Shown one piece after another: positions 25,489 to 33,603 of a DNA stretch of 56,059 bases; positions within the stretch are counted from its first letter, which is position 1, and the number at the start of each line of letters is the position of its first letter. The translations under genes and the position numbers were made by a program. The stretch is from a virus (taxonomy: Duplodnaviria > Caudoviricetes). The notes below the pieces were generated by a model. That model did no database searches. It saw only the letters and a list, made by a program, of their open reading frames with translations, and had not been told where the DNA came from. Where the stretch lies: positions 1 to 56,059 of IMG/VR virus record IMGVR_UViG_3300033004_000002; one strand, written 5' to 3'.

Positions 25489-26204
25489 ATCACCGGACCG
25501 CCGCCGTCTCGTCGAGAGCGGAGCGGTCATCAGAGAGCGAAGGGATTTGCGACATGCGTGAAAAGCCAATTTTATGTGTCGATTTCGACGGCGTTATTCA
25601 TTCCTACACAAGCGGATGGAAAGGCGCGACCGTCATCCCCGATCCTCCGGTCAAGGGCGCGCTGCGCTGGCTGTGGAAAGCGACCGAATGGTTCGATGTG
25701 CAAGTCTATTCCTCGCGGTCGAAGGAGTCGGCGGAGCGAGAGGCGATGCTGCAATGGATGATGCGTGAGAGCCGCAAGGAGTTCGACGCGGATCATCCGA
25801 TGTGCAATCCGGAGGAGACGGAGGATCTGATCGACCTCACGACTTTCGACAAATATCCGATCACGTTCGCGCACGAAAAGCCGGCCGCGTTCTTGACGAT
25901 CGATGACCGCGCGATCTGCTTCGAGGGCGATTGGAGCGAGATCGACCCGGCCGACCTGCTCAACTTCAAGCCGTGGAACAAGCGAGACCTCGGCGCGACT
26001 GGAACCTTCCCGCAAGGCGTTCTCAACGATGACGACCAGGGCGCACTCAAGATCGGGATCGCCTACGATAAGCGGGATGGGCTCGTACATCTGAATTTCG
26101 GCAAGCCTGTCGCGTGGACTGCCTTCCCTCCGGAAATGGCCGCCAATCTCGCGCGCACGCTGTTGAAGCATGCTGGCGCGAAGAAGATCGAAATTTCCTT
26201 TTAG
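25485..26204 (+). CDS. HAD-family hydrolase fused to a C-terminal conserved phage domain (start may be 25554)
   Basis: LCVDFDGVIHSY, SSR, KPAA..IDDRA; C-terminal GATGTFPQG...DD.G.L...FGKPV.W. Confidence 0.85.
   Translation: MNHRTAAVSSRAERSSESEGICDMREKPILCVDFDGVIHSYTSGWKGATVIPDPPVKGALRWLWKATEWFDVQVYSSRSKESAEREAMLQWMMRESRKEFDADHPMCNPEETEDLIDLTTFDKYPITFAHEKPAAFLTIDDRAICFEGDWSEIDPADLLNFKPWNKRDLGATGTFPQGVLNDDDQGALKIGIAYDKRDGLVHLNFGKPVAWTAFPPEMAANLARTLLKHAGAKKIEISF
25488..25531. repeat. Degenerate bipartite site J at the 5' end of the HAD gene
   Basis: AATCAC-N32-GTCATC; GGTCATCAGAGAGCG matches GGTGATCAGAGAGCG at site G. Confidence 0.6.
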
Positions 26205-26224
26205 CCCCGCGAGCGCGACCGCCA

Positions 26225-26271
26225 GATAACCGAACAGGTCTCACCTCGCACACAGCAGGTCATTGTCCCCA
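26225..26271 (+). repeat. Bipartite site copy E
   Basis: GATAACC-N26-GGTCATTGTCCCCA. Confidence 0.9.
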
Positions 26272-26292
26272 AATCCTTAAGGAATCCCTCCC

Positions 26293-26586
26293 ATGAGCGA
26301 ACGCCTAGGCCGTCTCGAATCCACCAACTACGACGTCTACCTCAGCCTGTCGGAGCAGGCCGCGATCGAAGCCAACCAGCGCGCCAGCGAGGCCTTCGCC
26401 GCAGCGCTGAACCGCCAGATCAAGCGGGGCCGCGAGAGCGTCGCCCGCGGTACCTTCGTCGACCGCTCGCCCGCGATCGGCGCGCGGCGGCTCTATGGCA
26501 GCACGCCTGCGTCCGCCTACGGCTCGCCGGCTCAAATGTGTGCCGAGCGGGGCAGCATCAGCGTGGTTGCGGCGGCGTTGAAGTAG
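26293..26586 (+). CDS. Hypothetical protein
   Basis: AAGGA RBS. Confidence 0.7.
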   Translation: MSERLGRLESTNYDVYLSLSEQAAIEANQRASEAFAAALNRQIKRGRESVARGTFVDRSPAIGARRLYGSTPASAYGSPAQMCAERGSISVVAAALK

Positions 26587-26599
26587 AGGGCTGCGCGCA

Positions 26600-26974
26600 A
26601 TGTACTACCGTCAATGCGGCGACTTGCCCATCCATCCATTCCGACCGAACGAGAACATGGCGCCGCTCGGTCGCAGGCGCCCTGATGGCAGCCGCGAATC
26701 TGCCGGACCCTGGATGTCCATGCTCATGCTTACCGAGGGCGACGCCAAGTACGCCGCGGCGCATCTCAACATGCAAGACGACGGGTTTATCTACGTCGCT
26801 CATCCCAATTTCATGGGCTATGAGGGGCCCGACTACGGCGTGAGCCAGCATCTGAAAACCCCTTGGGGCGCGGGCCCATACTACGATTCCGTCTATCGCG
26901 ATCACCTTGCCCACATCTGCTGGGATCGCCCGATTGTGCCGCAGGCTGACGCCTACAACCATCGAGAAATATAA
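26600..26974 (+). CDS. Hypothetical protein
   Basis: GAGGG RBS. Confidence 0.65.
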   Translation: MYYRQCGDLPIHPFRPNENMAPLGRRRPDGSRESAGPWMSMLMLTEGDAKYAAAHLNMQDDGFIYVAHPNFMGYEGPDYGVSQHLKTPWGAGPYYDSVYRDHLAHICWDRPIVPQADAYNHREI

Positions 26975-26987
26975 GGAGGAAAACGAT

Positions 26988-27392
26988 ATGACGGAATTAG
27001 AAGAGCTAACAGAGCGATTACTGCAGCTCGCCAATGACGAGGGAACCGCGCAAATTCACGATGTCGCTGTGCAGATCGCGAGCCTGGCACCTCGACTCGG
27101 ATCGGCTCCTAAGCGCACGGATACAAAGACGTTGGAGCGGCTTGCCGACCAAATAAAAATAGATGCCTCCTCTGGAAGGGGGCTGAACCCATCGGCGCTT
27201 TTCTCAATCGTTGACATAATTCAGCGCGCGATCGGTGCACCGCTTATGTGGCCGAGCCGATCAGCGGGCGCAGACGCGGCAGATGCCTACTATCGGGGAG
27301 ATCCAGATCTTCGGCACGCTTTCAATGCAGGCGTGAAGTGGGCTGTTGAACAATACCATGACTTGAACCTGGACCAAGTCAGGCCGCGTTGA
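26988..27392 (+). CDS. Hypothetical protein (lower GC)
   Basis: AAGGAGG RBS. Confidence 0.7.
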   Translation: MTELEELTERLLQLANDEGTAQIHDVAVQIASLAPRLGSAPKRTDTKTLERLADQIKIDASSGRGLNPSALFSIVDIIQRAIGAPLMWPSRSAGADAADAYYRGDPDLRHAFNAGVKWAVEQYHDLNLDQVRPR

Positions 27393-27413
27393 CCTCGCAT
27401 CACCGGAGTCACC

Positions 27414-27668
27414 ATGTCCGCACTCACCCTGATGGCCGCAGCCCTCAACAAAGAACTACAGCACCGAGGCGTTTGCGACTTCACGCAGGACGCGTGCGCC
27501 GAGATCCTGCGCACCGTGATCGACCAGGTCCGCGACATCGAGGCAACCTACAACACCTCCCATCCCGGCCCCATGCCCCCCTCGACAGGCCGGGTCACTG
27601 ACGGCGGATGCATCATCGCAAGCGATGCATCCGCCGTCGATTTTGAAAATCAGGAAGAGCAGCCGTGA
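27414..27668 (+). CDS. Hypothetical protein
   Basis: GGAG RBS. Confidence 0.6.
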   Translation: MSALTLMAAALNKELQHRGVCDFTQDACAEILRTVIDQVRDIEATYNTSHPGPMPPSTGRVTDGGCIIASDASAVDFENQEEQP

Positions 27669-27904
27669 CCATAAGCAGAGACGTTCACATCCTCACCAGC
27701 CGCGATCTCGACACCATGGTCAGCGAGGCTTTTCAGCGTGGCGTAAAGCGAGGTCGTTTCGAGCAGCGAATGGATGACGGCAAAGAGCCGGTCGCCAGGA
27801 ACTGCCGGAACTGGCGCGACGGAATCTGCGATCATTGCGGAGCGCAGCACCAGGGCTGCGAAGTCGCTGCAGATTTTAAATGTCCGCATTTCGTTCGTAG
27901 ATAG
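27665..27904 (+). CDS. Cys-rich hypothetical protein
   Basis: GTGA coupling. Confidence 0.55.
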   Translation: MTISRDVHILTSRDLDTMVSEAFQRGVKRGRFEQRMDDGKEPVARNCRNWRDGICDHCGAQHQGCEVAADFKCPHFVRR

Positions 27905-27917
27905 CGGCCGGCAGCCG

Positions 27918-28367
27918 ATGACCACCACAAGCACAGAAAACTTCATTATCGTGGAGCGCGACCTCGATCTGCGGGACTCCGGCGTGTTCACCGGCCAGAT
28001 CCAGATCGTCGAAACTCGCCTGATGCTGTTCGAAGACGGCCGTCCAATCCAGAGCATCGACGGCATCGCCTCGCCGCATATCGAGCACGCCTTTGTGTTT
28101 CATTCGGCGTGGACGGCCTGGCGCTTCGCAATGCAGTTCGAGCCACACTGGGACGCCGGGCGCCGCCGCTATTGGGGCTTCCGACGCTGGGTCGCGCGCA
28201 GGGATGGTGACTTCTTTCCGGGCGAATGCCGGCACGGCATCAACGCGCCGAATCCCTGCATTCACGGCAAGACCTGGATTCCGCACGAGGCCATCATGGC
28301 AGCGGCGGCGGACAGTTTCGAACAAGGCCGACGTTCGGCGCTGGCCGAGATGGGGCAGCCGCAATGA
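27918..28367 (+). CDS. Hypothetical protein
   Basis: High GC3; coupled downstream. Confidence 0.65.
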   Translation: MTTTSTENFIIVERDLDLRDSGVFTGQIQIVETRLMLFEDGRPIQSIDGIASPHIEHAFVFHSAWTAWRFAMQFEPHWDAGRRRYWGFRRWVARRDGDFFPGECRHGINAPNPCIHGKTWIPHEAIMAAAADSFEQGRRSALAEMGQPQ

Positions 28368-28543
28368 AACACGCCCAGCGCCAGAGCGAGGACTCGCTAC
28401 CCCCCGACATCCTGCGGATCGTCGAAGGCATAGCTTTGGCGCTGGCGCAAGAGCATCATGAGATGGAAAACGCGGAAAAAACAGTTTTCAGGGCGGGACG
28501 GCCGGGATTTGATCGGCGCAGCCTTGGCCAACAGGAGCGATGA
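28364..28543 (+). CDS. Candidate recombination directionality factor
   Basis: LPPDILRIVEGIA..LA.E.HE helix of the kind often found just upstream of serine recombinases. Confidence 0.45.
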   Translation: MKHAQRQSEDSLPPDILRIVEGIALALAQEHHEMENAEKTVFRAGRPGFDRRSLGQQER

Positions 28544-28720
28544 ATGACTCTCGAAATCCACTGGGGAAAGGTTGCTCGTCATCTCAAGGATGACGCCGAG
28601 CAAATCAGAGAACGCGCGATAACCGCGTTTCACGGGGACATCGCTACGCAGAAGGAAATGCAGACCCGCGCCGCGATCCTGGAATCGTTGGCGAACGCAC
28701 TTTGGTACGGCCTAGAGTGA
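28544..28720 (+). CDS. 58-aa hypothetical protein (MTLEIHWGKVARHL...), below the ORF-track cutoff
   Basis: AGGAG RBS; GTGA overlap with the integrase start. Confidence 0.6.
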   Translation: MTLEIHWGKVARHLKDDAEQIRERAITAFHGDIATQKEMQTRAAILESLANALWYGLE

Positions 28721-30399
28721 AACGCGCCGCGATCTACGCCCGCTTCTCAAGCGACCTACAGTCCGACCGCTCGATCGAGGACCAGGTCACGCTCTGTCAG
28801 GCGAAGGCCGCCCGCGACGGCTTCAAGATCGTGGCGACCTTCTCCGACCGCGCCCGCTCCGGCGCCTCGATCCACGGCCGCGCCGGCATTGCCGAGCTGC
28901 TCGCCGCCGCCAAGGCCGGCCAATTCGACGTCCTGATCGTCGAGGAGCTCGACCGCCTGTCGCGCTCGCAGGCCGACCTTGCCTCGATCTATGACCGGCT
29001 GACTTTCGTCGGCATCGACATCCTGACCGTGCATGGAGGGGCGGGCCGCACCGACCAGATCCAGGTCGGCATCCGCGGCATCGTCGGCGCCCTGTTCCTG
29101 ACCGACCTGGCGCACAAGGTCCGCCGCGGCGCCGCCGGCAATATCCGGCTGGGCAAGCACGCCGGAGGTCTCGCCTATGGCTACGACACCACGCCGGGCC
29201 AGCCAGGCGCGTGGACCATCAACGAGGAACAGGCGGCCATCGTGCGGCGAATCTTCACAGCCTATCTCGCCGGCGAGCGGACGCCGGCAATCGCGCGATC
29301 GCTCAATGCCGATGGCATCAAGCCGCCGCGCGGCAGCTATTGGCAGCCGGGCGCTTTGACCGGATCAAACAACCGCCACAACGGCATCATGGGCAACGAA
29401 ATCTATTGCGGCCGTCTGGTTTGGAATCGCGTGCGCATGATCAAGGATCCGGAGACCGGAAAGCGCGTGTCGCGGCCGAACCCGGAAACCGAGTGGCAGC
29501 GGGCTGAGGTGCCGCATCTGATGATCGTGCCGCCGGAAGTCTTCGACCAGGCCGCGGCGCTGAAGGCCTCCCGCGGCAATCTGGCGCCGACGCACCGCCG
29601 CGCGCCGAAGGCGCTGCTCTCCGGCCTGCTCAAATGCGGCAGCTGCGGCGGCGGCATGTCGATCAAGGGCCGCGACCGCGGCGGCGTGCGCATCGTCTGC
29701 ACCACGTTCCACAATGCCAAGCTTTGCGCCAACAACCGGACCTATTACCTGCATCACGTCGAGGAGACCGTGCTGTCGGGCCTGCGGCGCCACCTGGTCG
29801 ATCCGCGCGCGATCAAGCACTTCCTCAAATGCTACCACGACGAGCGCAAACGGCTGGTAGTCGAGGCGTCCAGGGAGCGGCCGGATCTGGAGCGGCGGCT
29901 TGGCGAGGCCACCCGCAAGCTCGCCAGGCTCACCGAGGCCATGCTTGACAGCGATGCGCCCGTGGCTTCATTCACCACGAGGATCGCCGAGCTCGAGCGG
30001 GAGAAAGCCGAGATCGAGGCCAGGCTCGCGCAAATGTCGGAACCGGTCCGGGTGATCGCCCTTCATCCGGCAGCCCAAGAGCACTATCTCAAGGTCGTGA
30101 ATGATCTCGCCGCGGCGGTTCGGGACCGCGCCGACCGCAGCGCGATGGCAGCGCCGGTCCGGGACCTGGTCGACAGCGTGATCGTGCATCGGACCTTGCC
30201 GGGCGAGCCGATCCGGCTCACGGTCAACGGGCGCCTGGCGGCGCTGATCGGGCAGCCGGTGTTTCCGCAAGGTTCTCTGTCGGGGGTCAAGTTGGTAGCG
30301 GGAGCCCGCTACGGGATAGAACCCCGTGTGGATGTACCTGTTTTTGCTATGGAGTTTTTTGGCGCGCGAAAAATGGGTCGTACGGCCCCGCACCCATAG
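28717..30399 (+). CDS. int: Large serine recombinase (integrase)
   Basis: AIYARFSS..Q..SI.DQ, D.A.SG, LDRLSR; recombinase domain; Zn ribbon (LLKCGSCG...C...C); coiled coil. Confidence 0.95.
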   Translation: MKRAAIYARFSSDLQSDRSIEDQVTLCQAKAARDGFKIVATFSDRARSGASIHGRAGIAELLAAAKAGQFDVLIVEELDRLSRSQADLASIYDRLTFVGIDILTVHGGAGRTDQIQVGIRGIVGALFLTDLAHKVRRGAAGNIRLGKHAGGLAYGYDTTPGQPGAWTINEEQAAIVRRIFTAYLAGERTPAIARSLNADGIKPPRGSYWQPGALTGSNNRHNGIMGNEIYCGRLVWNRVRMIKDPETGKRVSRPNPETEWQRAEVPHLMIVPPEVFDQAAALKASRGNLAPTHRRAPKALLSGLLKCGSCGGGMSIKGRDRGGVRIVCTTFHNAKLCANNRTYYLHHVEETVLSGLRRHLVDPRAIKHFLKCYHDERKRLVVEASRERPDLERRLGEATRKLARLTEAMLDSDAPVASFTTRIAELEREKAEIEARLAQMSEPVRVIALHPAAQEHYLKVVNDLAAAVRDRADRSAMAAPVRDLVDSVIVHRTLPGEPIRLTVNGRLAALIGQPVFPQGSLSGVKLVAGARYGIEPRVDVPVFAMEFFGARKMGRTAPHP

Positions 30400-30507
30400 A
30401 GCCAATGTGGACTCGCCACATGCCAGCTCGCGCAAAAGCCCGCCAGATGGGTTCCGGCGGGCGTGGTGGCGAGGAGGACAATCACGGCGAGCAGGGGCAT
30501 GGGCCGC

Positions 30508-30807
30508 TCACGTCGCGATCTCGAACATTTCCTCGACCGCCTGGTCGGCGGTGATCTCGCCCCGCTTGTGGGCCTCCAGGATCGGCTTGACGTCCTTGAA
30601 GGACACGGTTTTGATTTCCGTCTTGAACAGGACCGCGCGGACCGCGCAATCCTTGGCTTCGAGCAGCTTGCGCAGGGCCACCGTGCTTTCCGGATTTTTC
30701 GGTAGCTCCGCTGCCAGTTTTCGGGCGAGATCGCCGAACGGTGCGCTGACAGCCTGCAGGTGCGGCGGCAGGTGCTCATAGGCGAAGAACTGCAACAGAT
30801 TATCCAT
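30508..30807 (-). CDS. Conserved small phage protein; helical hairpin reminiscent of nucleotide-sponge proteins
   Basis: FFAYEHLP.HLQ.VS.PF...LP.NPE.TVALRKLLEAKD.AVRA; AAGGA RBS. Confidence 0.8.
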   Translation of the reverse strand: MDNLLQFFAYEHLPPHLQAVSAPFGDLARKLAAELPKNPESTVALRKLLEAKDCAVRAVLFKTEIKTVSFKDVKPILEAHKRGEITADQAVEEMFEIAT

Positions 30808-30860
30808 CGGTCATTCCTTTGATCAACCGGGCATCCGGCCCGGCGCGGAGTTTTCAAGAT

Positions 30861-30906
30861 TGCGGACAACTGTCAGCGGTGAGGGGGTGAGACCGGTTCG
30901 GTTATC
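30861..30906 (-). repeat. Bipartite site copy F; contains the stop of the 30902-31231 gene
   Basis: GCCAGATAACCGAAC.GGTCTCACC shared with copy E; 25-nt spacer. Confidence 0.85.
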
Positions 30907-31231
30907 TGGCAGCGCATGATGCGGCCAAAAGCTTGGCGACTCGCTTCGCTGCGGCAATTTCACTTGCGCAATATTCTTCTTGCTGACGCGGCAGGATGAA
31001 AACGCGACCATCCCAACGTCTATCGAGAAGCACCAATTCAATCTCTGACCACGACAGACCTCCGCGTTGCGCTAGACGACTAAGTGTCTGATCGTGATTC
31101 TGTAGTGCTTGTTTTTCGTGTGGTCCGATTATGGACCATGGAATTCCTTGAGGGAAATCAGCGCCAACCATTTTTCGAGCGCTGCCTAAGACCGGAAACA
31201 AGGCATCCTCCGCTCTCTGATCACCAGTCAT
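30902..31231 (-). CDS. Hypothetical protein (IPW..I.PHE.QA..NH.QTL.RLA.RGGLS..E)
   Basis: GGAGG RBS; lower GC; bracketed by sites F and G. Confidence 0.75.
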   Translation of the reverse strand: MTGDQRAEDALFPVLGSARKMVGADFPQGIPWSIIGPHEKQALQNHDQTLSRLAQRGGLSWSEIELVLLDRRWDGRVFILPRQQEEYCASEIAAAKRVAKLLAASCAAR

Positions 31232-31265
31232 GACGACTCCTCCGCTACGCTGGCAGTTGTCCAAA
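31219..31265 (+). repeat. Bipartite site copy G (inverted relative to F)
   Basis: GATCACC-N26-GGCAGTTGTCCAAA. Confidence 0.8.
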
Positions 31266-31269
31266 ACTT

Positions 31270-31665
31270 TCAAGTCATGCTTCCCGGCATGAAGCAGCGA
31301 ATCTCGATGCGGACCGGCTCGTTTATTCCGCGCCGATAGATTGGCCACACCATGGTGCGCCCGACCCTGTTCGGCTCGGTGATCACCGCTTCGTCGGGCA
31401 CGTCCCACCACTGGTCTTCGATGCGCACGCGATAGTGACCGTCCTTGGTCTCCCAATCGATATCGCTCAAGGCGGTGCCGTCAGCGTCCGAGCAGCACGG
31501 GCCCTTGCCCGACTTCAGATTATCGAACCATGATTTGAGTGGAGACTGGGCATATTTGCCATCGAGATCACGCGCAGGCGCATGCCGAACCGAACAGCCG
31601 ACGGCGAGCAGGGCGAGCGCAATCACGGCCCACAGCCCGTACCAGCGGTTTTCCCTGGTCCTCAT
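31270..31665 (-). CDS. Secreted/membrane-anchored Cys-containing protein (CCSDADG...RCFMPG)
   Basis: N-terminal hydrophobic segment; GAGG RBS. Confidence 0.8.
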   Translation of the reverse strand: MRTRENRWYGLWAVIALALLAVGCSVRHAPARDLDGKYAQSPLKSWFDNLKSGKGPCCSDADGTALSDIDWETKDGHYRVRIEDQWWDVPDEAVITEPNRVGRTMVWPIYRRGINEPVRIEIRCFMPGSMT

Positions 31666-32078
31666 GGCTGCCTCACAAGGATCTGGTCGATCTTGCGCTC
31701 GAGACGATCGAACGCCTCCCGGTTTTCCTTGCGTCTCTCCTCGGCCGCCTCGCGGTCCTCGCTTCTCATCCGGTTGAAGTCGTCGCGGCGGACGAAATCC
31801 TTCTCGACCTCTAGGCGAAGGTCGTCGTACTGCCGGCGAATCCCCTCGAAATATTCCTGGTAATGGCCGCCCATGCCATCGATCCTCGCTTCGACCCGGC
31901 GCTCCGCCTCGCCCAGATCGTGCTGAAAATCGGCGCGGATCGTCGGCTCGATGCGCGCGACCCGCCAGAACCATGCGGCCAGGCTCGAGATCGCCCCGAA
32001 GATGGCCCCGCCCAGCGCGGAGACGGCGTGCGGCCAGTCAAACCCGGACCCGCCCGTATCCTGTGGTTGCATTGTCAC
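31662..32078 (-). CDS. Membrane-anchored coiled-coil protein (lysis-region type)
   Basis: One N-terminal TM segment and a coiled coil ending RLERKIDQI. Confidence 0.75.
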   Translation of the reverse strand: MTMQPQDTGGSGFDWPHAVSALGGAIFGAISSLAAWFWRVARIEPTIRADFQHDLGEAERRVEARIDGMGGHYQEYFEGIRRQYDDLRLEVEKDFVRRDDFNRMRSEDREAAEERRKENREAFDRLERKIDQILVRQP

Positions 32079-32231
32079 ACCTCAACAATGTTTGGTGAGA
32101 TGTGGGATTTCGGACAAATCACGCCTCAGTTCGGTAGTTGGATAAGTCTCAGCCATTGTCAGCCCCGCCCGGGTTGATGGTGGTCAGGGTCATCACGCCG
32201 TTGCTGCGACGTGATGGCCCGCTTGATCTTG

Positions 32232-33026
32232 CTACAGCGCGAGCGCAGGCAACGTGAATGGTGCCGCCGCCGGGAATAGTCCCGTCAAGGCTCCGGCGCC
32301 GACACCGACGCCAATCATGGCGAGCGTCTGCAGAAAGATCGCCTTCTCGTCTCCGATCAGCGCGCTGCAACCGAGCTTGAGATAGACGGGCAACCCGGCC
32401 TTGATCTGGGCAACCAGGTCCCGCTTGCGCTGGAACAGCACGATCATGTTGTAAGGCGCCTTGGCATTGATCACCTGCACCTGAGGCAATGACTGCAGGA
32501 ACTTGATCTGCGCCGGATAGCAGGCGTGGCTGATCGGGTCGCGGAAGCTGGTCGGATCGTTCGGATTGAGCAACGTGCCTGCGTCATCGTCGGCCTCCTG
32601 TATCGCCGCCACGACGTTGGCAACGAACTCGGCCTTCTTCGCGCTGATGTCCTCGATCAAACGCTGCAGCGGATCGATCGGCTTCAACGATCTCGGTTGC
32701 TGCTGCCCCTGCGCCATCGCCGGCGGCGCGAACAGGAACGCCGACAGCAACACGGCTGCGATCAGCACCTTGACGATCGCAGGCGGGATGACCGGAGCTT
32801 CAGCCGGCGCCGACACGAACACGCCGGTCTTGTTCGATGACAGCGCCGCCATTGCGGTCAGGATCACGCCGTTGATCTTGTAGGAGACACCGCAGAACCA
32901 CTGCACGGCGGGCGCATATTGCGCGACGATCGCGGGAGCGTGGTCGACGCTATAGCCTGCGATCAGCATCAACACGTTGGTCCAGACGCCGAACCAGAAC
33001 ATGAATTTCGGATCGATCTGTGGCAT
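32232..33026 (-). CDS. Multi-TM protein (holin-like N-terminus fused to a signal-peptide-bearing domain)
   Basis: Two N-terminal TMs, internal signal-like segment ...APPAMA|Q, Cys pair, C-terminal hydrophobic tail. Confidence 0.7.
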   Translation of the reverse strand: MPQIDPKFMFWFGVWTNVLMLIAGYSVDHAPAIVAQYAPAVQWFCGVSYKINGVILTAMAALSSNKTGVFVSAPAEAPVIPPAIVKVLIAAVLLSAFLFAPPAMAQGQQQPRSLKPIDPLQRLIEDISAKKAEFVANVVAAIQEADDDAGTLLNPNDPTSFRDPISHACYPAQIKFLQSLPQVQVINAKAPYNMIVLFQRKRDLVAQIKAGLPVYLKLGCSALIGDEKAIFLQTLAMIGVGVGAGALTGLFPAAAPFTLPALAL

Positions 33027-33044
33027 TGTCGTCCTTCTCCTTTT

Positions 33045-33209
33045 TCAGTTTCGGCAAGGCGGCGGCGATCCTAAGCCGTCGCACGGGTTCAGCAGGGTCT
33101 GCAGCTCGAGGAAGGTCTTGAAACTGTCGATGCCGCTTGCGATCAGCGGCCGGGCGAGGATCAGGATCGCAAGGCACAGGGCTGCGATCACCAGGATTCG
33201 GGGGGACAT
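33045..33209 (-). CDS. Small secreted/membrane protein (MSPRILVIAAL...)
   Basis: AAGGA RBS; hydrophobic N-terminus; Cys pair. Confidence 0.6.
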   Translation of the reverse strand: MSPRILVIAALCLAILILARPLIASGIDSFKTFLELQTLLNPCDGLGSPPPCRN

Positions 33210-33335
33210 GGGGGGGTCCTTTAGGGGGGGGGCGTGGTTGATCACGCGGCATACAGTGCTACCGCGGGGACTTGTCCGGGCGTCCCAGCAGGTGTAAGTT
33301 TCCTGCGATATCAACCGTTACGGGCAGGACTCTTC

Positions 33336-33506
33336 ATGGGAAAATGGCTGTTCTACGCGAAGGAGATCGCGCTCACCTTGGTGCTGCTGCTGGCTATCGT
33401 CGCGCTTTCGATCGAGATGATCTTGCTCTGCGCAATCGTGACCGTGTTCTTTCCGGTCACGGCGTTTCGGAAGGTATCCAGCGTCCTTGCTGACGGACTG
33501 AGCTAG
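33336..33506 (+). CDS. Small hydrophobic membrane protein, opposite strand (moron-like)
   Basis: AGGA RBS; very hydrophobic. Confidence 0.55.
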   Translation: MGKWLFYAKEIALTLVLLLAIVALSIEMILLCAIVTVFFPVTAFRKVSSVLADGLS

Positions 33507-33603
33507 ATTGTGGGCTGTCGCTGATCACCAGCCGTGAGCAGCCTGCTTCGCCTCCAGCGCAGCAATCTTCGCCATCACGTCGACGCCGTTGATGTTGATG
33601 ATG

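Noticed and set aside
5945-31265. CRISPR array or classical integron attC array
   Set aside because: Copies are dispersed and not regularly spaced; they are about 45 bp, lack GTTRRRY and consistent hairpins, and no cas or intI gene is present.
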